NCBI RefSeq assembly: GCF_032062105.1
Contig: NW_026930272.1
Coordinates: 62,001 to 126,000 of the forward strand
Reading direction: 5' to 3'
DNA from: Saccostrea cucullata
Taxonomy: Eukaryota
Length of the DNA stretch: 64,000 nt
The number at the start of each line of letters is the position of its first letter. Positions within the stretch are counted from its first letter, which is position 1. Both the position numbers and the translations under genes were made by a program. Below the pieces are notes generated by a model. That model saw only the letters and a program-made list of their open reading frames with translations, made no database searches and was not told where the DNA came from. This document shows positions 13,832-27,300 of this stretch, one piece after another.

Positions 13832-15410
13832 AACAAGCAAATTTAAAGAATTATGGTCCCCCGCTTTCGGAGTCTTTGTGGGTAAGATGTCGTTTTTTAT
13901 TACATAAATTGTGTCAAATATGTCATTTAGAAATTATCACCGAAATTAAATTTTAAAAAATAAGGTCAATATCGTGAAGGTCAAGGTCAAGGGTCAGAAA
14001 TCATAGCATACTCGGGAATATCTTGTCACAGGTAATGCACATGTCAAGTATGATAGCCCTTCTCAATCAAAAGTTATGAGGAACAAGATGTGTTTGTGAA
14101 ACGCCGACACTGTATTTCAACATTGCAAAAATTGAACTTTTCTTCAATTCAAATTAAATATATTGGTATCCAAAGTAGGATCTTCTCACAAGAAATACGA
14201 TTGTGAAATATGAAAGCTCTAGCTCCATCTGTTCAAATGTTATGGCCAAGGATAAGTTTTGAAAGGTAGGTCAAACTCCAAGGTCAAAGGACCAAAGTAC
14301 TAGTACTTGGTGCCCAGTAAAAGGTCTTCTCACAATGATTATGATGTGAAGTATGAAAGCCCTGGCCCTTACCGTTCAAAAGTTATGGCCATGAATACTA
14401 AAGTTTTTCACAAGTACGGAAATCTCCAAGGTCAAGGTCAAAAGTAGCTGCAGATCTGTAGCTCTCCGAAAAAAAGATATTGATAGACCGGAGTGCTACA
14501 GTGCCACCCATTGAAAAAACTGTATATTTATTGCGCACAAAAAAGTGCGCTCGGTTCTCGATTTATTTCTCCATGTTTTTCAAATGTAATCTCAAAATAT
14601 TACTAACCGTGTGTTCCTAACATATTCTTTCGCTTTTTCCACAACCAAAAATTCCTCATAATTGTTGTTAATAGTCCTCCTGAGTCCTGACCCTGATATT
14701 GTAATCATCGAACATTTCGCTTATTTATACTGCCATTTTGGTTTCAAAGATAATTCGGTCCAATATGCAATTATCATAAAACGTGCATGCTTCGGATGTC
14801 AACTACGAGAGTACTTGATAGAAGATAAAGGAATTTTTTGAAATCTTTCCTTATTTGCAATTGAGGTAAGAATTTGGAAGAATTAATTAAGAACCGAGCG
14901 CACTTTTCTGTGCGCAATAAATATACAGTTTTTTCAATGGGTGGCACTGTAGCTCTCCGGTCTATCAATATATTTTTTCGGAGAGCTACAGATCTGCAGC
15001 TAGGTCAAAAGGTCAAAGTGCTGGTTTCTAATGAAAGGTCTTGCTACAAAGAATACATATTTGAAGTATGAAAGTCCTAGTATTTTCCATTCAAAAGTTA
15101 TAGCCAAAGTAAAAGTTCAAATTTGAGGTGTAAAAGTGGGTCAAACTCCAAGGTCAAGGTCAAAAGGTCAAATTTGGTAGTACCTAAAGAAAGGTGTCAC
15201 AAGGAATAAACATGTGAAATATAAAAGTCATAGCTCTACTAAATCAAAAGTTATGGGCAAGGTTAAAGTTTTTATGACGGACGGACAGACAGACGGACAG
15301 ACAAATGAGATTGAATGACCAGTCGCTTTCACGAAAGCGGGGGACAATAATTTATCTCACCCACAAAGACACCGAAAGCGGGGGACCACAATTCTTCGAA
15401 TTTGCTTGTT
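13832..15410. mobile_element. Nest of Helentron/HINE-like satellite elements
   Basis: aacaag-type heads at 13832 (+), about 14082 (+) and 15410 (-), ggtcaaggtca tandem units, a gaca microsatellite, and a cgctttcacgaaagcg hairpin at about 15324-15339. Confidence 0.7.
14445..15002. mobile_element. MULE-like foldback MITE, 558 bp
   Basis: Near-perfect TIRs of about 110 bp starting TAGCTGCAGATCTGTAGCTCTCCG. 9-bp TSD GGTCAAAAG at 14436-14444 and 15003-15011. Confidence 0.85.
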
Positions 15411-16320
15411 CCTGGTTACTACTGGTTCTATAAGGATCTAATTAGGATGGATGGTGTATCTAAGGATCTAAGGATTAATCTTATAATTGTTATATGTTTA
15501 TTTTCATTGACAATATTTTTTCCAAATGTACTACGAACTTTGACTTCATGTCCTAGAGCTTTAAGATTGACTTTCAAAAACTTAGAAATATACCCATTGT
15601 TTCTTTTGTAAGAGGACATATATTTTACTCTAGAAATTTTAAATTGCTTTTAGTCTGATAGGTAAACAATAAAGAACGAATACACAGAACGTTACTTTGG
15701 ACATAAACTATGTTCCCTGGGGTATGAAGCACGCCATAAGAGTTACGCGCAGAATTTTCCCCCATATATTTGCTACCCCAGTGAACTACTAAATATCGTT
15801 TTCTCCATTAACTCCAATTTCATCTTCGAGCAATACTCAAATCGAACATCATATTTCACAGATAATCTTTTTATGATAAGTGTGTGTCGATAATATTGAA
15901 TGATATTCCATGTTTGTGCAAGATAATCCCACATTATTTCTTGTTTCCACAACCAGTAACGGTGTCGATGATGAACAATGATGTATTATCTGCAAGGTAT
16001 TTGTGAAAACACAAATTAATTATCAGGAAATTGAAATCGGGGGAGGTTGATTTAAAAGATTGTTTACAGAAACTGTTGACTGCACAACGATATATTGGCC
16101 GTTTGTTCGATATGTTGCTAGACATTAAAGGTCTTCTTGCAAGCGTGAACGGATAAAGGCATTAAAACAATTGTTTTTATATAGAACTTTAACTAAAATA
16201 CAAGAGTTACATGGGTTGTAATGCTAACCTGATAATAAAAATGCCCATTTAGTAAACACATGGGGTACAATGCTCCGGGGGGGGGGGGGGGGTGTTGGTC
16301 GGGGAGGTTTGATAGTCGGT

Positions 16321-16392
16321 GGCCAAATAGCTCATTGCGTGCACCTGACTAGTGATTCAGAAGGCCCAGGTTTGACCCCGGTCCTTCAGTCT
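16321..16392 (+). pseudogene. Degenerate tRNA-derived sequence (Thr-AGT-like; probable SINE head)
   Basis: GGCCAAATAGCTCA A-box-like start, ctga-CTAGTGA-ttcag anticodon-like arm, and degraded B box GGTTTGACCCC. Confidence 0.45.
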
Positions 16393-17539
16393 TGTCCGTC
16401 GTATTTTGTTCCGTCACCGCTTAATAACAATTTATTTTGGTTCTCTTGCAAGAAATATTATAATCTCTACAGGTTTTAATAGATATACTAGTGGCGAATA
16501 AATGAAAATGCTTTTTAAATAAATTAGTTTAAACTAGATAATTTTAAAGGTCTTCTCAACAAACTGGTGCGAAAAAACAAAACTATTTGGATAGGTAGAT
16601 ATGACATGGACATGAAGATGTTTGCAAATAACGGATGTAATTTGACGTACACTGACCATGCTAAACTTTGGAACCATATTTTCAAGATTTCTTCCAAAAT
16701 ATCCCTATGGAAAAAAAAAACAAAAACTAGAGACCAAAGTAATTGTTGCCACCACACTCCAGTGCATGTCAGGGAATATATTTATCAATTTCATATCCCT
16801 CGTAGTAATTACATATTTACGTATGCCTGCGTGTCATACCACTGAAAATAAATGTGACTTTCTAGTATTTCATTAAATTGTCCAATTTCCCTTTCCCAAA
16901 AATGTCTAAATATGTCTCTAAGACGGTTTTAAATTGAAGCTCAAGAGCAATTAATAAAATTATTCGACATGTGCGTGCTAGCACTTGAGATGCGAGCAGC
17001 CGTCGCATCAAAGATAAATGGACATTGTTGACCATCGTGAGTGTTTGTTGGGCGACGGGAATAGCCTCTTATAAGCGAATGGAATAACAGGTTCGACCAT
17101 CTGGAAGGGAGGAAGCGATCCGGAAATAAATCTGGAGACTTCTGGAATAACGAAGACTTAAATAATTTATTTACAGGCAAAATTATTTCTTTACCATGTC
17201 AACAGGACACCATTATCAGTTTGGTTTCGTGTCATCGAATCAATATAGTATTTAATGTTGCTTGTTAAGAAAAATCTAAAACCACATGTTGTTTACTTGT
17301 AAAACCAAACACATCAATTCGTGTCGCAAAGTAAAGGTTTAAGACGGATTTTTTAATGCCGAAAAAAAAATCGCATATTTAATTTTTAAAACGGTATCGT
17401 TTTTCTTTAATCGGGATATTAATACGGGTTAGTCACTTGATCAGATTCCATGATAGATTATATATTTATATTCTGATAAATGTTTAAAAATGATATTATT
17501 TACTTTACACATTTAAAACATTTTTAACTGACATTAAGG

Positions 17540-17980
17540 TCAGGAGGTAAAAAATGTTTTATTTAGAAAGGCCTTTTCACAGATAATAAACATTTGAAAT
17601 ATGAAAGCCCTAACTTTTCTCATTCAAAAGTCATGATCAAGGAAACAGTTTTGGAAAAGTAGGTCAAACTTCAAGGTCAATGGGTCAAAAATAATATTGT
17701 ATTTAGAAAGGTCTTAATTGTCACAGGTAATATATATGTGGAATATGAAAGCCTTAGCTCTTCCAATTCAAAAGTTATGACCAAGGTTACAGTTTTTGAA
17801 AAGTAGATCAAACTTCACGGTCAAGGTCACGTGGTAAAAAATCATAGTGAATTTAGAAAGGTGTTGTCACAGGTAATACAAATATTTAATATGAAAGCCC
17901 TATCTCTTCTCAAATTCAAAGTTATGACCAATGTTAAAATTTTTGAAATGCAGATCAAACTTCAAGGTCAAATGGTCAAG
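17540..17980 (+). repeat. Tandem satellite array (ggtcaaacttcaaggtca family, about 3 units)
   Basis: Same unit as 12160-12920 (atatgaaagccct...attcaaaagttatgaccaagg). Confidence 0.75.
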
Positions 17981-20900
17981 AAGTCATGTAGTATACATTT
18001 ATGTATTTAGGGTTTGCTCAAATTAAGCAGAACCTTTTAAATTCCAGACATAATATATCTTCTGCTTTGCAAAAAATTGTCATGACACCTTACCAATTTC
18101 CTTTATTGCAATCTCCAATGCACAATGCCATTTCATAAAGCATAATCTTCGGTGAATTTCTTGTGGATGCAATTCAGAATTTCATATTTCTGTATCGGGT
18201 GATCTTGTCTAATTGAAAGCTATTCTCTTAACAAAAAGAGGTTCCCCATGCGAAACAGTGGCTAAAATGTTTGCTTTCTAGTACCGGAGTAAGGAGTTGC
18301 TGCTAAATTATGTTGTTGGTTCGAATCTAAATAGAACATTCTTAATGCCATGTGACTAAGCGACACAGTTACTAGTATGGTGAAGTGCTTAAAGCATTCG
18401 CTCTCAAAACAGAAAATAAGAGTTGATCTTTATGCCATAGGTTCAAATCCACTGTGTAACATGAAAGGCCAGTCTTTGCTATAAACATTATTTACTGTAC
18501 TTACAGACCATTCAGCTAAACTTCATTGGAAAATCAAACCATGATTTTTAAACCACTTACTTCTTTTTATTGCAGACACTAGATGTATAAAAGACAAGAA
18601 AAGTTCCCCAAAATACAGTTTGTTATATTTTTATTCTCTCAGCTGTTGGCAGCATCTGAACACAATAACAACACAATCACACTGCCCCCTCATAGAGATA
18701 GTCACTGCTCAAAAAATACATGTACATCACAATCAACATCATGTGGTACATAATATAAGATTAACGATCCTAATTAACATGTGGGTGAGATATCATTGGG
18801 GATGGATCCCCATCTAAGATTTTTTTTACATTTGTGTTTTGCTTATGAAATGGTACAAATAAAAAGTTTTCTTTGCAGAAAACATGCAATGCTTTTAGGA
18901 TGGAAACCTCAACACTGGGAAAAATTATTGACTTTGTGAAGCATTCAAGAGTGCAGCAGGGGTTTTGTCAAAAAGATCATATATTAAAAATTCATTTATT
19001 TTAAAGATCATGATATAGATTAAAAAATCCCAAATTCAGAGTAAGATTATAGTTAAATGAAATAATTCATTAAAATAGACACACAGTAAAATTCCACTGA
19101 ATAAAAACTTGCAGGGACATAAAAAAATCATTATTTTCTGATATGAACATGTACATGTATTTTAGGACTTTTCTGCTCAATTCATTTGCTAAAACAGAAT
19201 AAATATACTCAGAAAATATTTGCTTGACCTAAAAATCACAATATGCTTGAAAATATTGTTTTTTTCCCCCAGTCTTTCTTAATTGGGTTTTAAACCTTTT
19301 ACTGTTAAGTTTCAAGAATATTTTCAGGAGTACTGTATATTTTTACACAGTTAATAAAAACTTCCTTTAGAGATTTTTATTGACAGAAACATAAAAAACA
19401 CATTAATGTAACTCTTCTATACGGAAGATAAGAAAATTTTTTTGTTGTATGTATCTTTAAGTTTCACATGACTAGAAAATGTATCGAAATAGGTGTGTCA
19501 ATGAATATTCCATTAATCACCTGCATCATGAATTATAGAATTCAAAAACTTATTTGATTATTTTCGCAAAGTTAATCAACATCCACAAAGAATTTTCTAC
19601 CTCCACATGCAGTATTGATAAAAGATCAAATTGGATGGGGGAAATTATATACCCAGTTTGTAGTTAGATTCCTTTTGATTTACTACAGCAACAGATGCAA
19701 CAGATCCTTAATTTTTTGTCCCTTTCACACTTAGTTAATTATGTAACAAATTTAATATCTACCCATATTGCATTGAATAACATGTTGGTTCAAATGTTTT
19801 CTTATTAAACTGTAGACATGTATGTACCTTTAAAAAAACCTATAATAAATGACTTCCTTGTAAAAATATTTTGACATTCCTATAATTAAATATTTAAAAA
19901 ACTGGGAGCAGTCCTTGTGTGCAACGACATTGTTAAAAGTGACAGAAGTCCGATTTTAATAGTAAAAATTTACAACTATCTTAGATAGTATAAACACACT
20001 GCAACAAAAGTGCAATAATAAGAATTACTGTACATAATAAATATTACAATAAGCACTCAATTTTTCTTTTTTTTATTTGAGGAAAAAAAAATGAGATTCA
20101 GTAAACCGCTATAAAAAGAGATGATGTCACATCCTGCGTGTCATTTACAACAGACCATATGACATCACATCCTGTGTGTCAATACATGTACAACAGACCA
20201 TATGACAGAAAATGGAATGATTCTGCTGTAAACCAGTCAAAGTTACGTTTCCCTTCCAATTACTTTGGTAAAATCCCAGTAAAAACTTATATTAAAAATT
20301 TTTATGACCTAAATATACTGGTATGGTGAAAACTATTTTAACATGGATTAAATGTCAATCTCCTGATCATTAATGAATAAAATTTAATAAAACATTGATA
20401 ATTAAAGAAATTTTAAACATGTTTTTTTTTCTTTGGCAAACTAAAATTCATTGAAGTTTTCAGAATTCCAGTAATTCAGCAAATATTCAGAAGGAAAACT
20501 CTATAGTCACAAACACTGTATTATGTACTTGTGCCACACTTACAATATACAATACTTTTCAAAAACATGATGTGGTCAACTCAAAATTATTCAAAAACAA
20601 TTCAATGGCAAGGGAAACACAGAAAAATGCACTCATACAAGCTATAGAGATTAGAAAGGCCCAAAAGACCTACCAAAGATACCTCACAGTATAAACACAA
20701 ATTATTTTGGTAAAATTCATCTCATTCATAAGTAGATGAGGAAATTCGGGACATATCTCAGTGACATGCCCAGTGAAGATTGTTTACATCACCCATGGCA
20801 ACGGAAGCGAAACACACGGCTTTATCATCTTGAATAAAAATCCATCAGGAACTTTGCACTGCTTGTTGTCATGGAGATAAATGATGCCACATCAATAGAA

Positions 20901-21334
20901 ACCGGGTCATTGATGTTCAAGGTTTGGTATTCTCCTTCATGACCAGCATATCAGGTGAATGTCAAATGAAATCATAACTACTTCGTTGAACTGAAAATGA
21001 AAAATATTGAAAAATTTACGACTAATGAAAATTAAAGATCTCCTTGTAAATATACTGATATAAAAGTACAAATAATTTTAATTTCTTATTAGCATCTACC
21101 ACTACGTCCAGGCCTTGTGAGTCTCCTGGCACAGAGAGAATTAAGACTGACTAGTACATTCTAAATATTCTTTTATGAATGTATTTTTTTTTACTTTTAC
21201 AGTACTTATGATGAATTCAAATAGGTAAATGCACTATTTCATGCTTTTATCACAAAAATATACAGGAGCCAATGGAAGAGAGTAATTGCTCCTTGTAAAC
21301 CCTCTCAAATTGACAATACTATCCTCTCACCTCA

Positions 21335-24300
21335 TCATGAACTATAGCAGGCCATTATCTCTGACATATCACTGAACCACTTGGCCACATTCACATTCTC
21401 CACTTCATATTTCTTAATGAAGGGGTGTTCCTGTACAAACATACAAATTGTAAAGCGACATGGAAGTTTGTAAAAAAAAAAAAATTAACTAAAATTACAA
21501 TTTATCTCCTATATCCATTTTGACAATAAAATAGAGTCAAAATAGACTGATTTATTTAAAAAGTATGTTTATAGGAAAATATGTATACATGTTCACATTG
21601 TTTTGCAATTGATATTAAAGATTTGCTTCAATTGAAAATTTGAAAAGAAGATCAATGTAAAGAATAAATAAATACACATTACATGTAATATAAATACACT
21701 TACAAGAAGCTTCCTATACTTTGGACGTTTTTTGTAATCTTTTGTTAGACTGCAAAGAAAACAAGATAATTATACTGAGTGAACTAAAAAAGACAATTAA
21801 TCTAAAAATCTTTCATTATGCTGAGTGATGTATATTAATACTTTGAAATCACAAATTTTCTTGGGGGTTGCGGTTGGGGGTTGGGGTTGGTTAGTTAATT
21901 TTCGTTGTTTTCAAGGTATGAAATGACTAACGAATTCATGTCCACCATGAAATGTAAAATATTAAATACATGACTATACAACAATTCTTCATCCACAAAT
22001 TCAAATCCCCAAGAACCAAGAGTTTTTACTCAAACCATGAAAATTTGACCCCATGAAAATATGTGATTTTACAGTACTTGAGATGTCCTATAATGACCTA
22101 CCAATCTCTAATAAATGAACACAACTCATGGGAATATGCTGGACCAGGAGTCAACAATGGCGGGTCATCCTGTAGAACTTTGGTGAGGACCTCAAAATCT
22201 GTCTTACAGTCCTTATAGGGGAACTCCCCTGTAGCCAGCTCAACCTGCAAGAATTGTAAACATAGGTAATCAAGGACAACAAAGCTCACCTGGACGAATG
22301 TTATCAGTTTAAGTAATGCAAATCTCACATTATATATTCTTTTTAGTTAGTATGCATATTCATGCAAGTTCTGTTTATAAGTAGGTTTTATAGTTCATTG
22401 AGAGTTGACTTGTTCCAAAATCACTAATCAAGAAAATGTCTTTATTTCCCCAACATCCTTCGTTGAGATGAGCTAAAATCTGATAATTTTATTTATGTAA
22501 AATACTAGTAAATGACAGATGCTCTGCAAAGAAAAATTCAAAAGTCCTATACTAGAACTGAAGCCTGCTTTCAACACAGTAAAATTCTTGTCCTTAATAA
22601 GTTATAGGGTTGTTAATGTCCTTTGACAGATAAACTTTTTATGATTGACAGTCTGTGATTTACCAGTGTGATTCCCAGACTCCACACGTCAGCTCTGATA
22701 TCGTAATCTGGTCGCTGGGGGTCTGGTGGATCTATTCTCTCAGGCTTTAAAAAGAGGAAAAATATAATTCATCTCTTTAAAATTACTGGATAATAAAAAA
22801 TTGTGAACCAAAATAAAAAAAGTTTTGTTTTTTACTACTTTTCTTTTTGAGAGAGAGAGAAAGAGACATGATAGATCTCAATTACTTGGTAAATATCCTG
22901 TCACAAGTCCTTACAACAAAAAGGTAGTTATCAAAATATGATTACAAATTTTTCTTATTTTTTTTAATGTTTCATATAACCATCAGAACTTTATAAATGT
23001 TTTGACTTACTGCCATGTAAGCAGCACAGCCGGCACTTCTGGTCTTGGCCTTGGAGTCGACCAGCCGTCCACTGATGCCAAAGTCACACAGCTTAACTAT
23101 CCCATTCTGATCCAGCAGTATATTGGAGGGTTTCACGTCTGATGGGAAAATGAGAACAGATACAAGTTTATACACTTTCTATTGATTGCCTTGATTTTAA
23201 AACTTTAAATAGAAAGACATAATTCATATACTGGAAAATCTTGCATGCACATCAAGAACAAGTACATATAATACCTCTATGAATGACCCCATGTTTTTCC
23301 TTTAGATAGTCAAGTGCCTTCACAATCTGTAAAAAATATCAATTTCATATACCGGGTACTGTGCTTAAATTTCAATAATGCAGACATTCTTCAAATGAAC
23401 ACTTTGGATTGGCTAGGGACTAAATCAATTACATTCATAGAAAAAACATTGACTGATCCGTACTTCTTCAAATAGCACCAGATTCAAAATGTAAGAAGAG
23501 AAAGTATATTAAGCCACATAAATAACATGAAAAATTGACTTCTGATAAACTTACAGCTACCGCCATCTTTCCCAGAATCTTCTCTGGAATGGGCATTTTA
23601 GTTCTTTTCAATAATTTATCGAGACAGGTAGACATTAGTTCCATGCAAATCCACACCTCACTCTGAAAACAAATCAATATTCTGTTTGTACAATATTTGC
23701 CAGAATTAAAAGTTACAATCTCACTGTCTGTGAATGAATTTGCAATTAGCAAAATTTGGACAGATAAAACAGAGAGCTACAGAACTTTATCATGTTTATG
23801 TTGTAAAAATCTTCAAATTTACGCCTCCATTTTTTTGTTGTTATTAGATTATACTATTTTTAAAACAAGGGAAAGCAGTAATACCCGCAGCAAGTGACAA
23901 AAAAGTGGCTTTATTTTTCTTTTAATTCTTTTTTTTTTTTTTTTTACAATGCTTGGATCTGTAGCTCTCTGCATTATCTGTCTGAATTTTTTCAAGCATC
24001 GAGCTACAATTCTGCAGCTATTTGCAAATATGACACATAATTCTTTAGCTCTGTATTTCTGTTGAATGACAATTACCATTTTGTTGTTGTTTATTTACAG
24101 TTATTTTACATAGGGAAAAAACTTACAGGTGTGATGAATGTTCCTATACACTGTACAATGTAGGGATAATCATGGCATTTTAAAACAACATCTAGATCCA
24201 TTATAATTCTCTTATTTTCTTCTTTATTTCCAGATCTTCTCATTTGCTGTGCAAAAAAAAAAAAATAATAATATTATTAAATTTTACATATTTTCTTTCA

Positions 24301-27300
24301 TTGATAGAGAATAAAGAAGGACTTTAAACACTTTTACATGTTCCCACAATTTAAAAACTTTCCATCGATAGTTTGCAAACTAGGAAATGATGTAATTTAA
24401 TCTCTTGAAGATAGGGAAGCTTGCAGAAATTATCTTTCCTTGCTAGTATTTAAATGTCCCAACTGTTCATAAATTGGTTATATTTAACCATTGAAGCATA
24501 TTGCTGAAAAACTACAGAGCTATAAGGTCATCATGATAAAATTTTCAATTACATTTTTTCCCTGACAAATTCAGTAAGACTGTTTATACCCATACCTTAA
24601 CTGCCATGAGATGATTGGTCGGTTTGTGTCTCATTTTAATGACCTGTCCACATGTGCCATGCCCTAGTTCACCCAGGGACTCCATCTCATTAATATCTGT
24701 GTTGTGTTTCTACAATAAAAACAGGAAATTACATTTCACCAATCATAAAAAAATATGATAAAGAAACAGCTCATCTTGACCTAGGGCCTTGGAATTTTGT
24801 ATAACAAGAATTGTCACTTACCTGATTATTTAGGGTTAGTATTCCAGTCATCTTCATTATCTCTTTATACTTCTGTTCTATTTCAGCACTGCAATAAACA
24901 TTCAACCAACAACTCATAATGCATCTTTATCATGAAATGAGACTGACCATATATACATTCAATTCATCTGAATTCTATATTCTTCTGTGTGCAAATGTCA
25001 AGATAAGCAGAATGCAAATTTAGCAGAATTATGGAGTTAATTTTAATTCATATATCTAAGAGAAACTGTTTTAGGGATAGAAAGGAAGACTGGTCAGACT
25101 ATTCCTCACCTGTCTGGTTGTCGTGACCTGCCACCAGACTCCAGGCTTATCCCCCCTGGTCTGCGGCGGCCAGAAGAGGGTGCTGAACTTGACCTTGATG
25201 TTGCTGGAAAATCTCCCCCAACTGAAACAGAAAATAAAATAGTACAAGTATGTTGTAATTTTTAGACCAATATATTGCACTTTCTTTAATTGTTTCAAAG
25301 TAAAATTTGAACAGTGATTTCTCTTTACAAATTACTACTGGTTTATCAAGAAAAAGATGCAAATTTAATTTTTAAAAGTATATGACACAAATTGTAATCT
25401 TCAGATATATGTAGAATATCTTATTATATAGAGATTGAAGTAGATAAAAAAATATATTGAATGAAATTGTAGGTTTTTTTCAGTCATAAAACTCTCATCT
25501 TTGCTGGCCAAGGGTTTTCGGTCCACTTCACTCCCCATAAATAGAAAAACCCTTAGCTTGCGAAGACGTAGAACTCTGCACTAGCTAGTATAAAACACAC
25601 TTGAGGAAAGGTCTATATATTAATTTTTTATGGATAGATAGATGATCTAATACTTAAAACCAACTAAAATTTTAAGAAGTCTCTGCTAGTACAATATTAT
25701 ATTTATACAAATAATAATCTTTAGAAAAATTACTCTATTCTGGAGTATTTCTTTAATTTAATATATGAACTTTTTAAAATGTGACATTATCTTTTATCCC
25801 GGGTATTTGAATACTTGAGGATCTACATTATTTTACTAGTATTTAAAAACATAGGTAATCAAAGATTATGAATACACCCTGAGGCATAAAGGGTAAGTCA
25901 TGGAAACAACCCAGGGTAAATCCCCATACCCTTGATTGGACCTAGATAATGAATTTATTTCCTATGTACCCATAAAAATTCTTTGTAAACATCAGAGTGT
26001 GTCAATCTATCAATAAGATAACTAAATACTACAATGCATCATGATGTCATGTTATTCGGTTTTTATCATCGAGAATGTATGCATTGTGACGTCACATTTT
26101 ATTTACACCCAGCTCATGTCGGGTGCATGGATATTTACACCCAACTTTGAAACCAATCAAAGCTCATGTTACAAGCTACATAGGAAATAACTCTTTTATC
26201 TTTTTTATATACTTAGTATTTAAAAAAAGTATGACAGCCATAGCATAATACACCAATGACCATAAGTAAATGTTAGTGCTTCTAATGTCTTTCTTAGAAT
26301 ATATATATCTCCATATTTCAAAATTAATTATGCACATTACCCTTGCACCTCAAGATGCTTACATACAATCGGTAATCACTTTTATAAATCATAAACAGTA
26401 ACCCTACGAGTGAAAGGGTGAGTATTTTCTAAAACATTTATTTGCCATGATGCAGCTGCAATGTTATAAGCAATTATTAGTGTATATGATATACAGTCAG
26501 GTAGTTAGAGTGTTAAAATGATTATAGTAATTAATGTATCAGAAGATATATACACATATTGGTGTTGGCACTCCCTCTTTCATGCCCTTGACTCTCTGAG
26601 GTGCCTCTTTGATAGACACATTGTGGGCCACCCTCATCTAAACCAAAAAATGCACTAGAACTTATAATTATGAAAACAAAACAAACAGATTACAAAATAT
26701 CATGCATTTAATAGATCTATCTGTTTAAAAAAATATATGTAATGAATTTCAATATACTGAACAATAAAACAAACAAACAAACAACCATTTAACCTCCTAG
26801 TGTAATGAAAGAATATAACAGAAATCATGACATTTTTTCTATTCATGCTCTTTTAAGTTGTAAGTTGTTGATGACAAATTCAAACAGATGCACTTTAAAA
26901 CTGCATGCTTATATTAAATAATTCCATGGTGAGAGAGTCATCACATGAATGATCGTATGAAGGGTACGTGGCAATGAGTTTTTCTGGACCAAGGACATAG
27001 GTCAGCTAGGTTAAATAACTAATTTGAAACATACCAAATTATATTACAGTTTTCACTGTTTTTATGGAACTCAATGTATAAGTTTGACTCAAATTTGATT
27101 TTAAAAATCCCAGCACAGTGAACATTGCACTGAATGACTAAATAGGAAATGGGGATTTTAAAACCCTTTCATTCCTGCAATTGGAAATTATACATTTTGT
27201 TTCATTAAAATCAATCATACTGAAAATATTATTTTTTACATCTGTGATCAAGCCTGTCACAATTTATGAGGGAGTTGTTTTTAAAATTCTTTGAAATAGA

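Noticed and set aside
20760-21337. Selenocysteine recoding of the MKK7 TGA-TGA
   Set aside because: Several ATGA...AA...GA patterns occur in the 3' UTR, but none gives a convincing SECIS stem by eye, and the kinase domain is already complete before the stops.
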